From assembly GCA_030141605.1 (NCBI GenBank), contig JAQGDQ010000044.1:620001-684000 (forward strand): a DNA stretch of 64,000 nt, read 5' to 3'. Below, one piece after another: positions 1 to 11,653 of this stretch (position 1 is its first letter; every line of letters starts with the position of its first letter). The position numbers and the translations under genes are program-made. The DNA is from Tubiluchus corallicola. Lineage: Eukaryota; Animalia; Priapulida. Under the pieces are notes generated by a model that was not told the DNA's origin, did no database searches, and worked only from the letters and a program-made list of their open reading frames with translations.

Positions 1-1087
1 CGGGAGCAAACGCCACATCGTTCCGGTACGATGGCCCACTGGCGCTTACCATGCTAAGTACAGCAACGGCTAGAACGGCAACAAGAATCGTATCCCTGCA
101 ACGAAAATTTGCATTAGCCTTGTGTTAAGTGCACAGGTAAGAAGTGTATCATCATCATGATCATCGCCGTCGTCTTCATCGTAGTTGCATTCATCATTCG
201 TCATTATCATCATCAAAACAGCAGCAGCAGCAACAGCAATAGCAACAACGACAACAACAACAACAATTACTTCTACAACTACATTACTATTACTGCTACT
301 GCTACTAAAACTACAACAATAATTACAACAACAGTAGCATGATTAACAGTAACAACGACGGTAGCATCAGCAACAAGCAACATCAACATTATAACTACCC
401 GGAACTGGTATTTGCCAGATGATAAAGTTCCCAACTCTTACAAGCATGGGTCTAAATTCAACTTAAAATTTGAAACAAAAACTTTTGCAAAATTTAGATT
501 TACAGTTTAAGAACGTGGTCCTAATTCTGAATTTTCGCATCTTTTTAACATGTTTATTTAAAAAATCAATTAATTGAATAAGCTTTGAAATCAGTAATGA
601 GCATAAGTATCCACTTTTTTAAAGAAAATTGCACAAACGTGGATGTAAAAATACGTCAAAAGCTTGTTGTGCGCTTCAGTACTAAGTTCGCACTATAATT
701 TGCAAATTTTACAAATAAATTTACATTTCATTATTAACAAGAAGATAATATTATTAGATAACATTATTGTAATCCTTTTATAGAATATTTCAATTACAAG
801 CTGTTATTTCGATACTATTTTTGTAGTTTTAAACTTCAAATCAAACGTTTGCACATTTTTTTTTAAATTGATTATTTATGCTGACTGCTGAATTGAGCAA
901 ATTAGACTAGACTGCTGATCAAAAATTTTAAACTTGCTAATAAAAAACATTTTCAGAAAATGAATAGGACTCTGTGCATCGTTAATTTATAAAGCTAGCA
1001 ACTAAATGACTTTTTACAGATTTATCAAAATCATTCAAACGTTTACATCAAGTTTTGAAATAAAAAAACAGTTACTCGCACTTACAT
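1..1087 (-). CDS. 5' part of a secreted protein gene (signal peptide; continues beyond left edge); start codon split by intron
   Basis: Exon 1 (~1142-1086) ends ...CAAAAT|GTAAGT; exon 2 (95-1) follows TTTCGTTGCAG| and begins with G, completing ATG. Spliced frame: MDTILVAVLAVAVLSMVSA-SGPSYRNDVAFAP..., a hydrophobic signal peptide with a VSA cleavage motif. TATAAA at 1175-1170. Confidence 0.7.
147..392. repeat. Degenerate trinucleotide low-complexity tract (CAT/CAA/CAG/TAC)
   Basis: Visible mixed trinucleotide runs; explains ORF 157..342. Confidence 0.85.
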
Positions 1088-1138
1088 TTTGAAGTTTTGC
1101 TCTCTGACCGTAGGCCTGCGATTGTGGAACAATTTGAC

Positions 1139-1184
1139 AACTGTGGCAGTCGGGAAAATGTGGAAAGCATTTATAGAGGCCAAT
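1139..1184 (-). promoter_or_regulatory. TATA box and initiator-like element of the left-edge secreted protein gene
   Basis: Minus-strand TATAAA (1175-1170) about 30 nt upstream of CAGTT (1143-1139), followed by a short exon ending in a consensus donor. Confidence 0.55.
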
Positions 1185-2225
1185 TAGAAACGTCCTCCAA
1201 ATGATAGCGGTCATGGCGTAAAAACTGGGTGCCAATTTCAGGAAAATGCACTAGTTTCTGGGCGGAAAATTACCATCGTTAGCGTATATACAGGATATTA
1301 AGCCCTACATTTATAGACAATAACGCTGTGTTAATGTTTAAAGGTTTCCAGCAAGAAACACGGGTTAGTTGTTCGTTTTTTTCTATTTTTATGTGTTAGG
1401 CAAACGTGGACACCAAAACTTTAGTATAAATTATCGAAACTTCAGTATAATGACGAATTGGTTTATGACAATTTATAAGTGACTCCTCAATTAGACATAT
1501 TACGTACGTTGTGTTTCAGGAAATGATAATTCGTTGTATTTTCTAAAAAATAATCATATGTATCTGTAAACTTAATAAAGATTTAAATTGTTTATTACAG
1601 AAAAATATCCGTTTCATAGACAGATCATTGTATAACAAGTTTCAATAAATTTTTATTAGAAAAATGCAGTGTTTCTACTACATCATTTCCGGCCACCCGT
1701 CTTACTTGAATACACAGTTACTTTGCAAACCTTTCAATTATTATGTCTTTTTTCGCTATATTACATCAACCCATATACATTTGTACCTCTAATGATATCG
1801 AAAAAGCAAAATATTTAATGACGACTACGTGTTTTAACAAGCTCGGTTATACGTGTTAGCAACTTGTGCAACTTAGCAACAACGAACATGATAGCAACTT
1901 TTTGACATTTGTTTTAAACTTACGAATTCTAATTAATATTACTCTAATTAATAGCAGTTGTGAATTGAGTTCGATTCCTCCAATGTTCACTGTTTAAATA
2001 AGTACTTGACTGTGGTTACGTTGTGCTGATGCTTTGCTGCTGTTATTCACTATGAGATTTTGCAGTATTATTTGTTCACTTAACATGCTTCATTCAATAG
2101 GACTTTCTGGACAACCCAATGCCCATTCTTAAAAGTTACGTCTCTTTGCGGTGTAGAAGGTATTGGGTTCGACTCTTCAGTCCCTTATAAGCATCTCGTT
2201 GACAAAACTAATGTCTAATGTGTCT

Positions 2226-2347
2226 AGACATAGACATAGACATAGACATAGACATAGACATAGACATAGACATAGACATAGACATAGACATAGACATAGA
2301 CATAGACATAGACATAGACATAGACATAGACATAGACATAGACATAG
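2226..2347. repeat. (AGACAT)n microsatellite, probably the 3' tail of a minus-strand retroposon
   Basis: About 20 perfect hexamers, with TTTATT (minus-strand AATAAA) a few bases to the right. Confidence 0.9.
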
Positions 2348-3305
2348 AACATTTATTTTCTCCAATTAGTTTAACATCAAACGTTTTTTAAATATTAAGT
2401 AATTATAATCATGGAGCAGGGCAGGGAAGGACCGTAGGGTCTTCTAGTCTCCTGCCATTTCTTATAAATAGATTAAGACATTAAAAATTAACGGTGATGC
2501 TGCAGATAACAAAAACAAAAACAAATAAGAAAAAAATAATAATAAAAACAGTATAAATGATACAAATTATTCAAAAAGAACTGAAAACAAAAAATAATAA
2601 AGTTAGATCTAAACAAAACAATACAATTATTCAGTAATTAGGATTATTATATGTAGTAGTTTCAAATGGGGTCTTATTAACAGGGGAATTTGGCCAAGGT
2701 TAGTGAGTAAAGTTAAAAACTGAGAGTACGGAAAGAAAAAAATAAGCATAAAAAGTGTAATATAGAAAAATTTATGAGAAAAAGTAACTATGAGAAAGAG
2801 CAACAATTACTTAGGAGATGAGTTTACTCTAGGTAAACTAATGTGTGGAATTATAGTACTAGTTACAAATTAGTCAGTGCGTGCCCTTGAGATGTATGCA
2901 ACTAAGCAGAGTAGGACTAAACCCAATAATTATTTGTAAACCTGTAAATTGGTGAGCAAGCTTCGCAGTAAACCGTTTGCCGTAAAAATAGATGCGCATA
3001 TTATGAACAATACCAAGTTTTAAATACGAATACAGAATTTGGAGATTCTAATGTGAATTAAACGAAAAATTCAAATTTTCAAAAAATATCTTTTATCCAT
3101 TAAGTTAAATCATTACTGACTTTAAAAAACTGTTCGATACCTTTCTGACACTTTAAATCGTTTTCTCTTGATTGGAAGTTGAAGTGGTGAGAGCGAGTAT
3201 CTGTGCACTATCCTGATTTTTTTGTATTTTTAATTTCAATGCCAAAAATGTTTGCTTGTTCATGTACATCATATCTATGTTAACTCGTCTTAAGAAACTG
3301 CTAAT

Positions 3306-3424
3306 GTCTACGGCCATATCACATTGAATACACCGGTTCTCGTCTGATCACCGAAGTTAAGCAATGTAGAGCGTGGTTAGTACTTGGATGGGGGACCGCC
3401 TAGGAATACCACGTGCTGTAGACT
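3306..3424 (+). rRNA. 5S rRNA: 5S rRNA gene, copy 1
   Basis: 119 nt GTCTACGGCCATATCACATTGAATACACCGGTTCTCGTCTGATCACCGAAGTTAAGC...GGAATACCACGTGCTGTAGACT; box A, IE and box C present; T5 Pol III terminator. Confidence 0.95.
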
Positions 3425-3763
3425 TTTTAGCTAGTGACTATTAACTATCAAAGTGTGTGCACAACACGACCGTTTCATTTTGACAGTATTGTTTTTGATT
3501 TTTGGAAGTTGAAGTGGTGAAAATAAATGTCTGTCTCGACATTATGTTGATTTTTTTTGCATTTTAATGTGAAAGACTATCTACTTGTTGCATTTCTCCA
3601 ATATTATACAAAGTAAGGAAAAATGAAAATAAAACTAGAAAATCAGCCACTGTCCTTCAAAAATGATTTTTGATTTTCATAAAAAATCAAAACAGATACT
3701 TTGTTACTACGTTCACCTTCATCTATCTATTATTTCTATATTATCTGTCTATAACAAAATGCA

Positions 3764-3815
3764 GAAGTTAAGCAACCTCAAACCTGGTTTTGCGTTTGAA
3801 TGGGTGACTGCCCGG
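3764..3815 (+). pseudogene. Degenerate 5S 3' half embedded in each spacer (also ~4860-4913, 7185-7237, 7968-8024, 17040-17097, 17874-17935)
   Basis: GAAGTTAAGCAACCTC(G/A)AACCTGGTTTTGCGTTTGAATGGGTGACTGCCCGG aligns with 5S GAAGTTAAGCAATGTAGAGCGTGGTTAGTACTTGGATGGGTGACCGCCTAGG. Confidence 0.7.
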
Positions 3816-4128
3816 TACTTACATTTTTCTAAATGATCAGGAAGGGTGATGACAAATGCTGTAAGATCTTTTTCACCACTCAAAAATGGATTTTTGTTCT
3901 GACAAATATTTTTAAATGAAGAATCTTTTTGCTTGTTCATGCTTGATCATTCCCATGTTTAATTATGTCATATCTAGAAGGTAATATACTTAAGCACGGT
4001 ATTCAACCTCCCTGACATTTTATAATTTCATGTGATATTTCTGTTTATACTTTGCATTAAAATGCTAAAAAGGTTTACTTGTTCATGTACATCATTTCTA
4101 TGTTAACTCATCTTAAGAAACTGTTAAT

Positions 4129-4247
4129 GTCTACTGCCATATCACATTGAAAACACCGGTTCTCGTCTGATCACCGAAGTTAAGCAATGTAAAGCGTGGT
4201 TAGTACTTGGATGGGTGACCGCCTAGGAATACCACGTGCTGTAGACT
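4129..4247 (+). rRNA. 5S rRNA: 5S rRNA gene, copy 2 (few substitutions)
   Basis: Full-length 119 nt with T5 terminator; variants include CTACTGCC, GAAAACA, GTAAAGC. Confidence 0.9.
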
Positions 4248-4412
4248 TTTTAGCTAGTGACTATTATCTATCGAAGTGTGTGCACAACACGACCGTTTCA
4301 TTTTAACAGTATTGTTTTTGATTTTTGGAAGTCGAAGTGGTGGGAATAAGTGTCTGTCTCGACATTATGTTGATTTTTATTTGCTTTGCATTTTAATGTC
4401 TAAAACTATCTA

Positions 4413-4660
4413 GTAGTAGTAGTAGTAGTAGTAGTAAAATCTTTATTCGCCATTATAAAACATTGACCATCATATTAAAAGACAGACAATCAGTGTTAGT
4501 CCATATAAAAAACATACACTGTTCTAGGCAAATGCGTCTGGTGCAAGCTAAACTATAAGTGCAACTAGAAATTCAAAAAATAAAATATAAACTAGTTTAG
4601 TAAGGTCTAGGAAAAATGAAATTATGATTTGAGTAAGTATCATCGTGTTCGTATGTCGGA
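4413..4660 (-). mobile_element. 5'-truncated non-LTR retroposon 3' end inserted in a 5S spacer
   Basis: Flanked by a 19-bp duplication TAATGTC(T/A)AAAACTATCTA (4394-4412 and 4661-4679); minus-strand AATAAA followed by a (TAC)n tail; absent from the other spacer copies. Confidence 0.75.
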
Positions 4661-5013
4661 TAATGTCAAAAACTATCTATTTGCTACGTTTCTCGAATAT
4701 TACACAATGTGAAGAAAAATGAAAATAAAACTAGAAAATCAGCCACTGCCCTTCAAAAATTATTTTTGATTTTCATAAAAAATCAAAACAGATACTTTGT
4801 TCCTACGTTCACCTTAATCTATCTATTATTTCTATATTATCTCTTTTCAACGAAATACAGAAGTTAAGCAACCTGGAACCTGGTTTGGTTTTGTGTTTGA
4901 ATGGGTGACTGCCCTTGGCTTACATTTTTTTAAATGGACGGGAAGGGTTCTGACAAAAGCTGTAAAATCTTCTTCAACACTCAAAAATGGATTTTTGTTC
5001 TGACAGATATTTT

Positions 5014-7080
5014 TGTAAAACTATGTCACGAAGATTTTGCATATTGTGTTTTTTTGTTCCACATGTGTGCGCCATTTTTGTTCCAGTGGCAAAATTCGAT
5101 TTTATGCGTGATAAACAATTTACAGTTTTAAATAAATCTTTTTGTATTAAATAATTGGAACTTATCCGTGATTGTATTTATATTTTGGTACGGAACTGCC
5201 GGGAAAAGAGACCTTTAGATGAGTATGGCTGAGTGTGATAAAATTAAACACTCTAGAAGTAGATCCAAGGGTTGGGTGAAGACTGGCATAAAATTACTAA
5301 AAGAGGCGATGTCTAGTGAAACGCCTAACTTTGTGTTTGTTCAGCAAAAATTAGAGAACCTTGGAAAATATATTGCCACCTTTAATGAAACAGAAGTGTA
5401 GTTAGAAGATTATTTAGAAGGTGAAGAACTTGAACAAGCGATTATAGAGGCAAGTGAATTAATCAACACAGCGGAATTAATTTCTGCTCAGGCACTAAGT
5501 TTGCTAAAACCAGATTCAAGACCATGTAGTCCTAGTGATTTCCAGCGACATGCAAGTGATAATGATTTTGTCTTGCGACGAGTGAATAACTGTGATTTAG
5601 CACGTAGTGAAAGTGCAGCGAATTTACCAACTAATAATGTAGTCGGTGCAGAAGTCACCAACATAAAACTACCTAAATTGCAACTGCCAACTTTCAGTGG
5701 TGACCCATTGAAGTTTTACGAATTTTGGGACATGTTCGTTGCCTCTGTGGATGCTAAACCTGTACCAGACGTTCATAAACTTGTTTACTTAAAGAGCTTA
5801 CTTAAAGGTGAAGCTGCTCATGTGATAGATGGCCTGCAGCCTGTAGATGGCAATTATAAGGAAGCTGTTTCTTTGTTAAAGGAGAGATTTGGTGATAAAG
5901 ACGCAATCGAGATGTCATTGTTAAAAAAACTGTGGCAGTTAAAGCCCATCACCGATTCGAAAAATATTGAAGCACAAGGAAGTTTTGTAGATGAGCTTGA
6001 AGTTGTTATAAGAGGCCTCAGTGCAATGGGACTTAGTACAGAAGAATTAGGTAAAACCCTAAAACCTCTCTTTCTAGCAAAAATTCCATATGCTTGGCGT
6101 GTTGAATGGGAGTGAATGAGAAGGCGTGAAGATGACAGCGTGAAGATGACACAACATGCTTTGAAAAATTTCGACAGTTCATGAAAAGCGAAGTTGATAT
6201 TAGACGAAAGGCTGCTTCATATACTCGCCATAGAGAGTCTGGTGAATTTAGTCGTCGTGCTGGGTATAAGAATTTAGGTGTGAGGAGCACCCTAGATTCA
6301 GTTTCTCTTCTTCAGTCTAGTGATTTTTGTGGAAACACCAAAAATGCGCCTACAGCTTCAAAGAATTCCCATTGTTTATTTTGTGGCAGAGCTCAACATA
6401 TGTGGCTTGATTGTGCGTCTCTTCCTACTAAGACTTTGCAAGAGCGAAAACAGAAGGTTGCTGAGCAGCACCGTTGTTTTTTGTGTCTTGGTTTAAACCA
6501 CAGAGCTGATACTTGCCGTAAACCTCCATGCAACCGATGTAGTAAATGGCATCATTATTTATTGTGCAATTCAATTGCTGGCTGCTTCCAGGTGAGTCCT
6601 TATGTTAAAAGAGGTTCAAATACTTCTGATGCAAGTGTTGATGTTCCATCAGTTCATTTACAGTCTTTTTGTACGAATGTTGTGTTCTTAATGACTGCGA
6701 CTGCTGTTTTGGAAGATACCAAATCGTCAATTCCTATTCGTGTTTTTATAAATCCTGGTGCCACTACCTCTCTTATTTTGTGTGATGTTGCAGAGCGAGC
6801 AGGTTGCGAAATTATAGGCGAGCGTAATCTTTCGTTAGCTATTATGGGTGGACTTAGCACACCGCAACAGAAATGCCACATTGTTCGTGCTAAACTTCGA
6901 ACAAATACAGGAAAAATTGTGACCTTTAATGCCACCACCCAAGATAAACTAGTGAGACCCTTTCCGGCATGTTCTGAGGGTGATTGGTTAGGAGACTTAA
7001 AGGGCATGATCCTAGGTGACCCAGAGATTCTTTGTGGCAATCCACGAGAAATTCATCTACTGGTTGGTATCCCCCAAAGA
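5014..7080 (+). mobile_element. BEL/Pao LTR retrotransposon remnant (putative 5' LTR, PBS-like site, gag-protease pseudogene; 3' part deleted)
   Basis: Spacer homology stops at ~5014; TGT-starting segment to ~5182 with AATAAA, then TGGTACGGAACTGCCGGGA (PBS-like). Gag from 5219: DUF1759-type KLPKLQLPTFSGDPLKFYEFWDMF, three zinc knuckles (CLFC..H..C, CFLC..H..C, CNRC..H..C), protease-like FINPGAT...IHLLVG. Returns to spacer sequence at ~7080. Confidence 0.88.
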
Positions 7081-7083
7081 TGA
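5219..7083 (+). pseudogene. BEL/Pao gag-protease pseudogene
   Basis: In-frame stops at 5399-5401 and 6113-6115; a 14-bp tandem duplication (GCGTGAAGATGACA x2, ~6124-6151) shifts the frame, and removing it restores one frame; the expected protease catalytic Asp reads Asn. Confidence 0.85.
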
Positions 7084-7412
7084 TTTTTGATTTTTATAAA
7101 AAAAAATCAAAACAGTTTACCTTGTTCTTGTGTTTCGCTTAATCTATCCATTATTTCTACGTTATCTGTCTGTAACAAAATGCAGAAGTTGAGCAACCTC
7201 GAACCTGGTTTTGCGTTTGAATGGGTGACTGCCCAGGACTTGTAAATTATGTCATATTTAAAAGGCAATATACTTGAGCACGGTATTTCCACCTCCCTGA
7301 TACTTTACAATTTCATGTGATATTTTTATTTATACTTTGCATTACAATACTAGAAATATTTGCTGTTCATGTACATCATTTCTATGTTAACTCGTCTTAA
7401 GAAACTGCTAAT

Positions 7413-7531
7413 GTCTACGGCCATATCACATTGAATACACCGGTTCTCGTCTGATCACCGAAGTTAAGCAATGTAGAGCGTGGTTAGTACTTGGATGGGT
7501 GACCGCCTAGGAATACCACGTGCTGTAGTCT
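7413..7531 (+). rRNA. 5S rRNA: 5S rRNA gene, copy 3
   Basis: Full-length 119 nt, 3' end GTAGTC plus T5. Confidence 0.92.
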
Positions 7532-8370
7532 TTTTAGTGATTGACAATTATCTAGCGAAGTGTGTGCACAACACGAACACTTTAGATTGTCTTTGATTTT
7601 TGGAAGTTGAAGTGGTGGAAATAAATGTCTGTCTCGACCTTACGTTGATTTTTATTTTTTTGCATTTTAATGTGAAAAACTATCTATTTGTTACGTTTCT
7701 CGAATGTTACACAAGGTAAGGAAAAATGAAAATAAACTAGAAAATCAGCCACTGCCCTTCAAAAATGATTTTTGATTTTCATAAAAAATCAAAACAGGTA
7801 CTTTGTTATGCTTGGAAATCGTAGTAATCGTAGTATGCGTAGAAAATCAGCCACTGCCCTTCAAAACTGATTTTTGATTTTCATAAAAAATCAAAACAGG
7901 TACTTTGTTACTACGTTCACCGTAATCTATCTACTGTTTCTATATTATCTCTTTTTAACGAAATGCAGAAGTTAAGCAACCTCGAACCTGGTTTGGTTTT
8001 GCGTTTGAATGGGTGACTGCCCGGCGACTGCTGATGCTGGTAACTTCTTAACTTGGTGCTTAGACTTTTTTAAATGGTCAGGAAGGGTGATGAAAAATGC
8101 TGTAAGATCTTCTTCACCACTCAAAAATGGATTTTTGTTCTGACAAATATTTTTAAATGAAGAATATTTTTGCTTGTTCATGCTTGATCATTCTCATGTT
8201 TAATTATGTCATATTTAGAAGGTAATATACTTGAGCTCGGTATTTCAACCTCCCTGATACTTTATAATTTCATGTTATATTTTTATTTATACTTTGCATT
8301 ACAATACTAAAAAGGTTTGCTTGTTCATGTACATCATTTCTATGTTAACTCGTCTTAAGAAACTCCTAAT

Positions 8371-8435
8371 GTCTACGGCCATATCACATTGAATACACCA
8401 GTAATCGTCTGATCACCGAAGTTAAGCAATGTAGA
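8371..8435 (+). pseudogene. Truncated 5S rRNA copy (5' ~65 nt)
   Basis: GTCTACGGCC...GTTAAGCAATGTAGA, then an abrupt switch to the 17-bp satellite. Confidence 0.88.
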
Positions 8436-9206
8436 CTATTGTCTACAGTGCACTCTTGTCTACAGTGCACTCTTGTCTACTGTGCACTATTGTCTACAGT
8501 GCACCCTTGTCTACAGTGTACTCTTGTCTACAGTGCACTATTGTCTACAGTGCACTATTGTCTACAGTGCACTCTTGTCTACTGTGCACTCTTGTCTACT
8601 GTGCACTATTGTCTACAGTGCACTATTGTCTACTGTGCACTATTGTCTACAGTGCACTCTTGTCTACTGTGCACTCTTGTCTACTGTGCACTATTGTCTA
8701 CTGTGCACTATTGTCTACTGTGCACTATTGTCTACAGTGCACTCTTGTCTACTGTGCACTCTTGTCTACTGTGCACTATTGTCTACTGTGCACTATTGTC
8801 TACAGTGAACTCTTGTCTACTGTGCACTATTGTCTACAGTGCACTCTTGTCTACTGTGCACTCTTGTCTACTGTGCACTATTGTCTACTGTGCACTATTG
8901 TCTACAGTGAACTCTTGTCTACTGTGCACTATTGTCTACCGTGCACTATTGTCTACCATGCACTATTGTCTACTGTGCACTATTGTCTACTGTGCACTCT
9001 TGTCTACAGTGAACTCTTGTCTACTGTGCACTATTGTCTACAGTGCACTCTTGTCTACTGTGCACTCTTGTCTACTGTGCACTATTGTCTACTGTGCACT
9101 ATTGTCTACAGTGAACTCTTGTCTACTGTGCACTATTGTCTACCGTGCACTATTGTCTACCGTGCACTATTGTCTACAGTGCACTATTGTCTACTGTGCA
9201 CTATTG
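8436..9206. repeat. 17-bp minisatellite CT(A/C)TTGTCTAC(A/T)GTGCA, about 45 copies, with a 102-bp higher-order pattern
   Basis: Direct reading; GTGAAC variant recurs at 8805, 8907, 9009 and 9111. Explains the three overlapping STVHYCL ORFs. Confidence 0.95.
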
Positions 9207-10701
9207 AGCTTTAAAACCAAGACTTCGTATACTTAAAAGTAAAAGGTCATTTACTGCCATTGTCAGCAAAAACAATGGAGAAAAATCGTGGCATGGATTT
9301 TTTGCAAAAAATTACGGATTCATGCAACCAAAGTCCACTGCAAGATGCTGCAGACTTCGACGAATTATCAGCAGCTCAGAAAATTACACAGAAAAAAGCT
9401 TAGAATCAATGCGATTAGCTGCATTAAAGACCTTCGGTTACACCAAGAGACTTAGCTAATTAACTTCAGTAATTGCTATAATGTAGTTGCTTTGTGACAT
9501 ATGCTGTGATTACAATCCCACATATTCGCCTGTTTTTCCATTACTTCCTTGTATAATTGTTGTCTGATAAACAGTTTCTCTGTCTGTTCTTTGTTCTCTG
9601 CTTGATTGGTTGGTTGGGTGGCATACTAGCTGTCAGACATTGGTTGATTGGTTGTTTGGTGAGTAAGTCGGTTGTTCAGACAACCGATTGGTTGGTTGAC
9701 TGATTGAGAAGTAGGTGTAGTTCTGAATGTGCTTGTCGTGTTGTACACTGGATGCATGTCTCCTAGCTTGCTTACTTGGAAAGCTTTTTAGGTGCTTTGC
9801 AGAGTAGTGAGTTGATTGTGTGTTTTCTTTTATTTGACTGATTAATTTTCAAGTTTAATTTGTTTCCATGACACTTTCGCGTTAACTGTATTTTGCCGCT
9901 TGATATTGTTGGGATATTTCTCAGATATAAGGCATTACATGTGTTCCATTAATGTAATTAGTCAATTGTGTTCGTGATTTCGCTCTTTGTCCCTTGTATA
10001 GCTGTTTTCCATGTAACAGATTTCTGTGTATTATCTGGTCTTCAATATAAAAATCATGTACGTCTTTATGTTATTACTTTGTAAGCTTTGTACCTTTACT
10101 AAATTTAGCTGCTTATGTTTGCATTTGCATACAAACCTTAGTTCACATTTTTATAGTTATTTGTGCTATTTGTACTTTACTTTTCATTAATTTCTATTAA
10201 CTGTAGAACTTATTGTTAATATATTATAATGTTAATATAATATAACAATTATCATATTGACAATTTTGCTGTTCTTTTTTACAAAAATTTATTTCTCACA
10301 AAGAAGAGTTTCAGAATTATACACAACCGATTTAGATTTCTATTTTTAACGTCTCATGATAAACGTGCAGCGATTAACTTTTAATTTATTTTCTTTGTAT
10401 GGAGAATCCTCAAAACGACTCGAATCGAAACAAGGGAATATTTTACCTTCACATACAGATATAGTAAAGATAACTTAGACTAGCATTTACATCTTTTACA
10501 TTAGAAAAACATTGAAAAGGCAGTCTGAAATATAACAGCTACAAGTGGATCTGAAACAAACGTGGATATATCAAGGAGAAGTGGATCTACGTCAAGCACG
10601 GATGGACTCCGGATCTGTTGAAGAACTATTCTACTGTCCATAACTGTAGAAGTATTGTAAAAAGAATGTTCAATCTATGTTCAACTTGGGAATCACAGGA
10701 T

Positions 10702-11653
10702 TTACCAGAAACCACCACCGTATCCACGGCCATAAGATACACGTCCGTAGCCACCAAGTCCACCGTATCCACGTCCGTAGTAACCACGGCCATATCCACC
10801 ATATCCACCAAATCCACCATATCCACGTCCGTAGTAACCACCGCCATATCCACCAAATCCACCGTATCCACTTCCATATCCGTAACCTAATCCACGTCCA
10901 TAGCCAAGGCCACGTCCATAGCCCAAGCCTCGTCCGTAGCTGCCACCATAAAATCCGCTGGCACTGACTACAGCAACCTACAAATGTATTATCAATGAAA
11001 CTGTTGTACAAATGAACTTATCAATGAAACTGTTGTACACGTGAACTTATCAATGAAACTGTTGTACAAATGAACTATCAATGAAACTGTTGTACAAATG
11101 AACTATCAATGAAACTGTTGTACAAATGTACTTATCAATGAAACTGTTGTACAAATAAACTTATCAATGAAACTGTTGTACAAATGTACTTATCAATGAA
11201 ACTGTTGTACAAATAAACTTATCAATGAAACTGTTGTACAAATGAACTATCAATGAAACTGTTGTACAAATGTACTTATCAATGAAACTGTTGTACAAAT
11301 GAACTTATCAATGAAACTGTTGTACAAATGAACTTATCAATGAAACTGTTGTACAAATGTATTATCAATGAAACTGTTATACAAATAAAAACTTCTTGTT
11401 CTTTTAACTTCTTTTGTCTCCAAATGTAATTAAATAGTTTGACTGAAATGTTGTTGGCTAACACAAACCAATGCCAAGTACATGTGTCGACGTACTTTGA
11501 TTGATGCAGTAAAGGCTACGTTGTATTAAATAGAAACGTGAATGTAAATTAACTAGGTGTGGTACTCGAACATGAACAATTGGCTAAATTGTGAAATTCC
11601 GTCCATAGACGACTTACCAAAACGGCAAGGAGGAAAGCTAGAGTGATCTTCAT
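10702..11653 (-). CDS. Secreted Gly/Tyr/Arg-rich structural protein, 103 aa (cuticle or shell-matrix type low-complexity protein)
   Basis: Coding exons 11653-11618 (MKITLAFLLAVL|gtaagt) and 10977-10702 (tttgtag|VAVVSA-SGFYGGSYGRGLGYGRGLGY...GYGGGFW*); putative non-coding exon ~12540-12490 ending in GTAAGT, with TATTTAA at 12572-12566. Confidence 0.85.
10979..11385. repeat. 29-30 bp minisatellite (TATCAATGAAACTGTTGTACAAATGAACT), about 13 copies, in an intron of the GY-rich gene
   Basis: Direct tandem copies abutting the splice acceptor. Confidence 0.93.

Larger units (their letters stand above)
3170..8435 (+). repeat. 5S rDNA tandem array, left part (units about 0.8-0.96 kb, interrupted by insertions)
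   Basis: 5S starts at 3306, 4129, 7413 and 8371 with homologous AT-rich spacers; recurring small ORFs (MNKQK...NPFLS) are spacer artefacts. Confidence 0.9.

Noticed and set aside
1-142. Plus-strand exon ending at CAG|GTAAGA (136/137)
   Set aside because: All three plus frames contain stops; the minus-strand signal-peptide exon explains the region better.
3830-4060. Possible spliced-leader or U snRNA gene linked to 5S in the spacer
   Set aside because: An AG|GTAAT and GATTTTTG-like words exist, but not in a convincing order with stem-loops, and the donor-like site is not conserved in all units; no recognisable snRNA sequence.
8439-9236. Long Cys-rich ORFs (STVHYCL...)
   Set aside because: Open in several frames because of the 17-bp satellite; no evidence of a gene.
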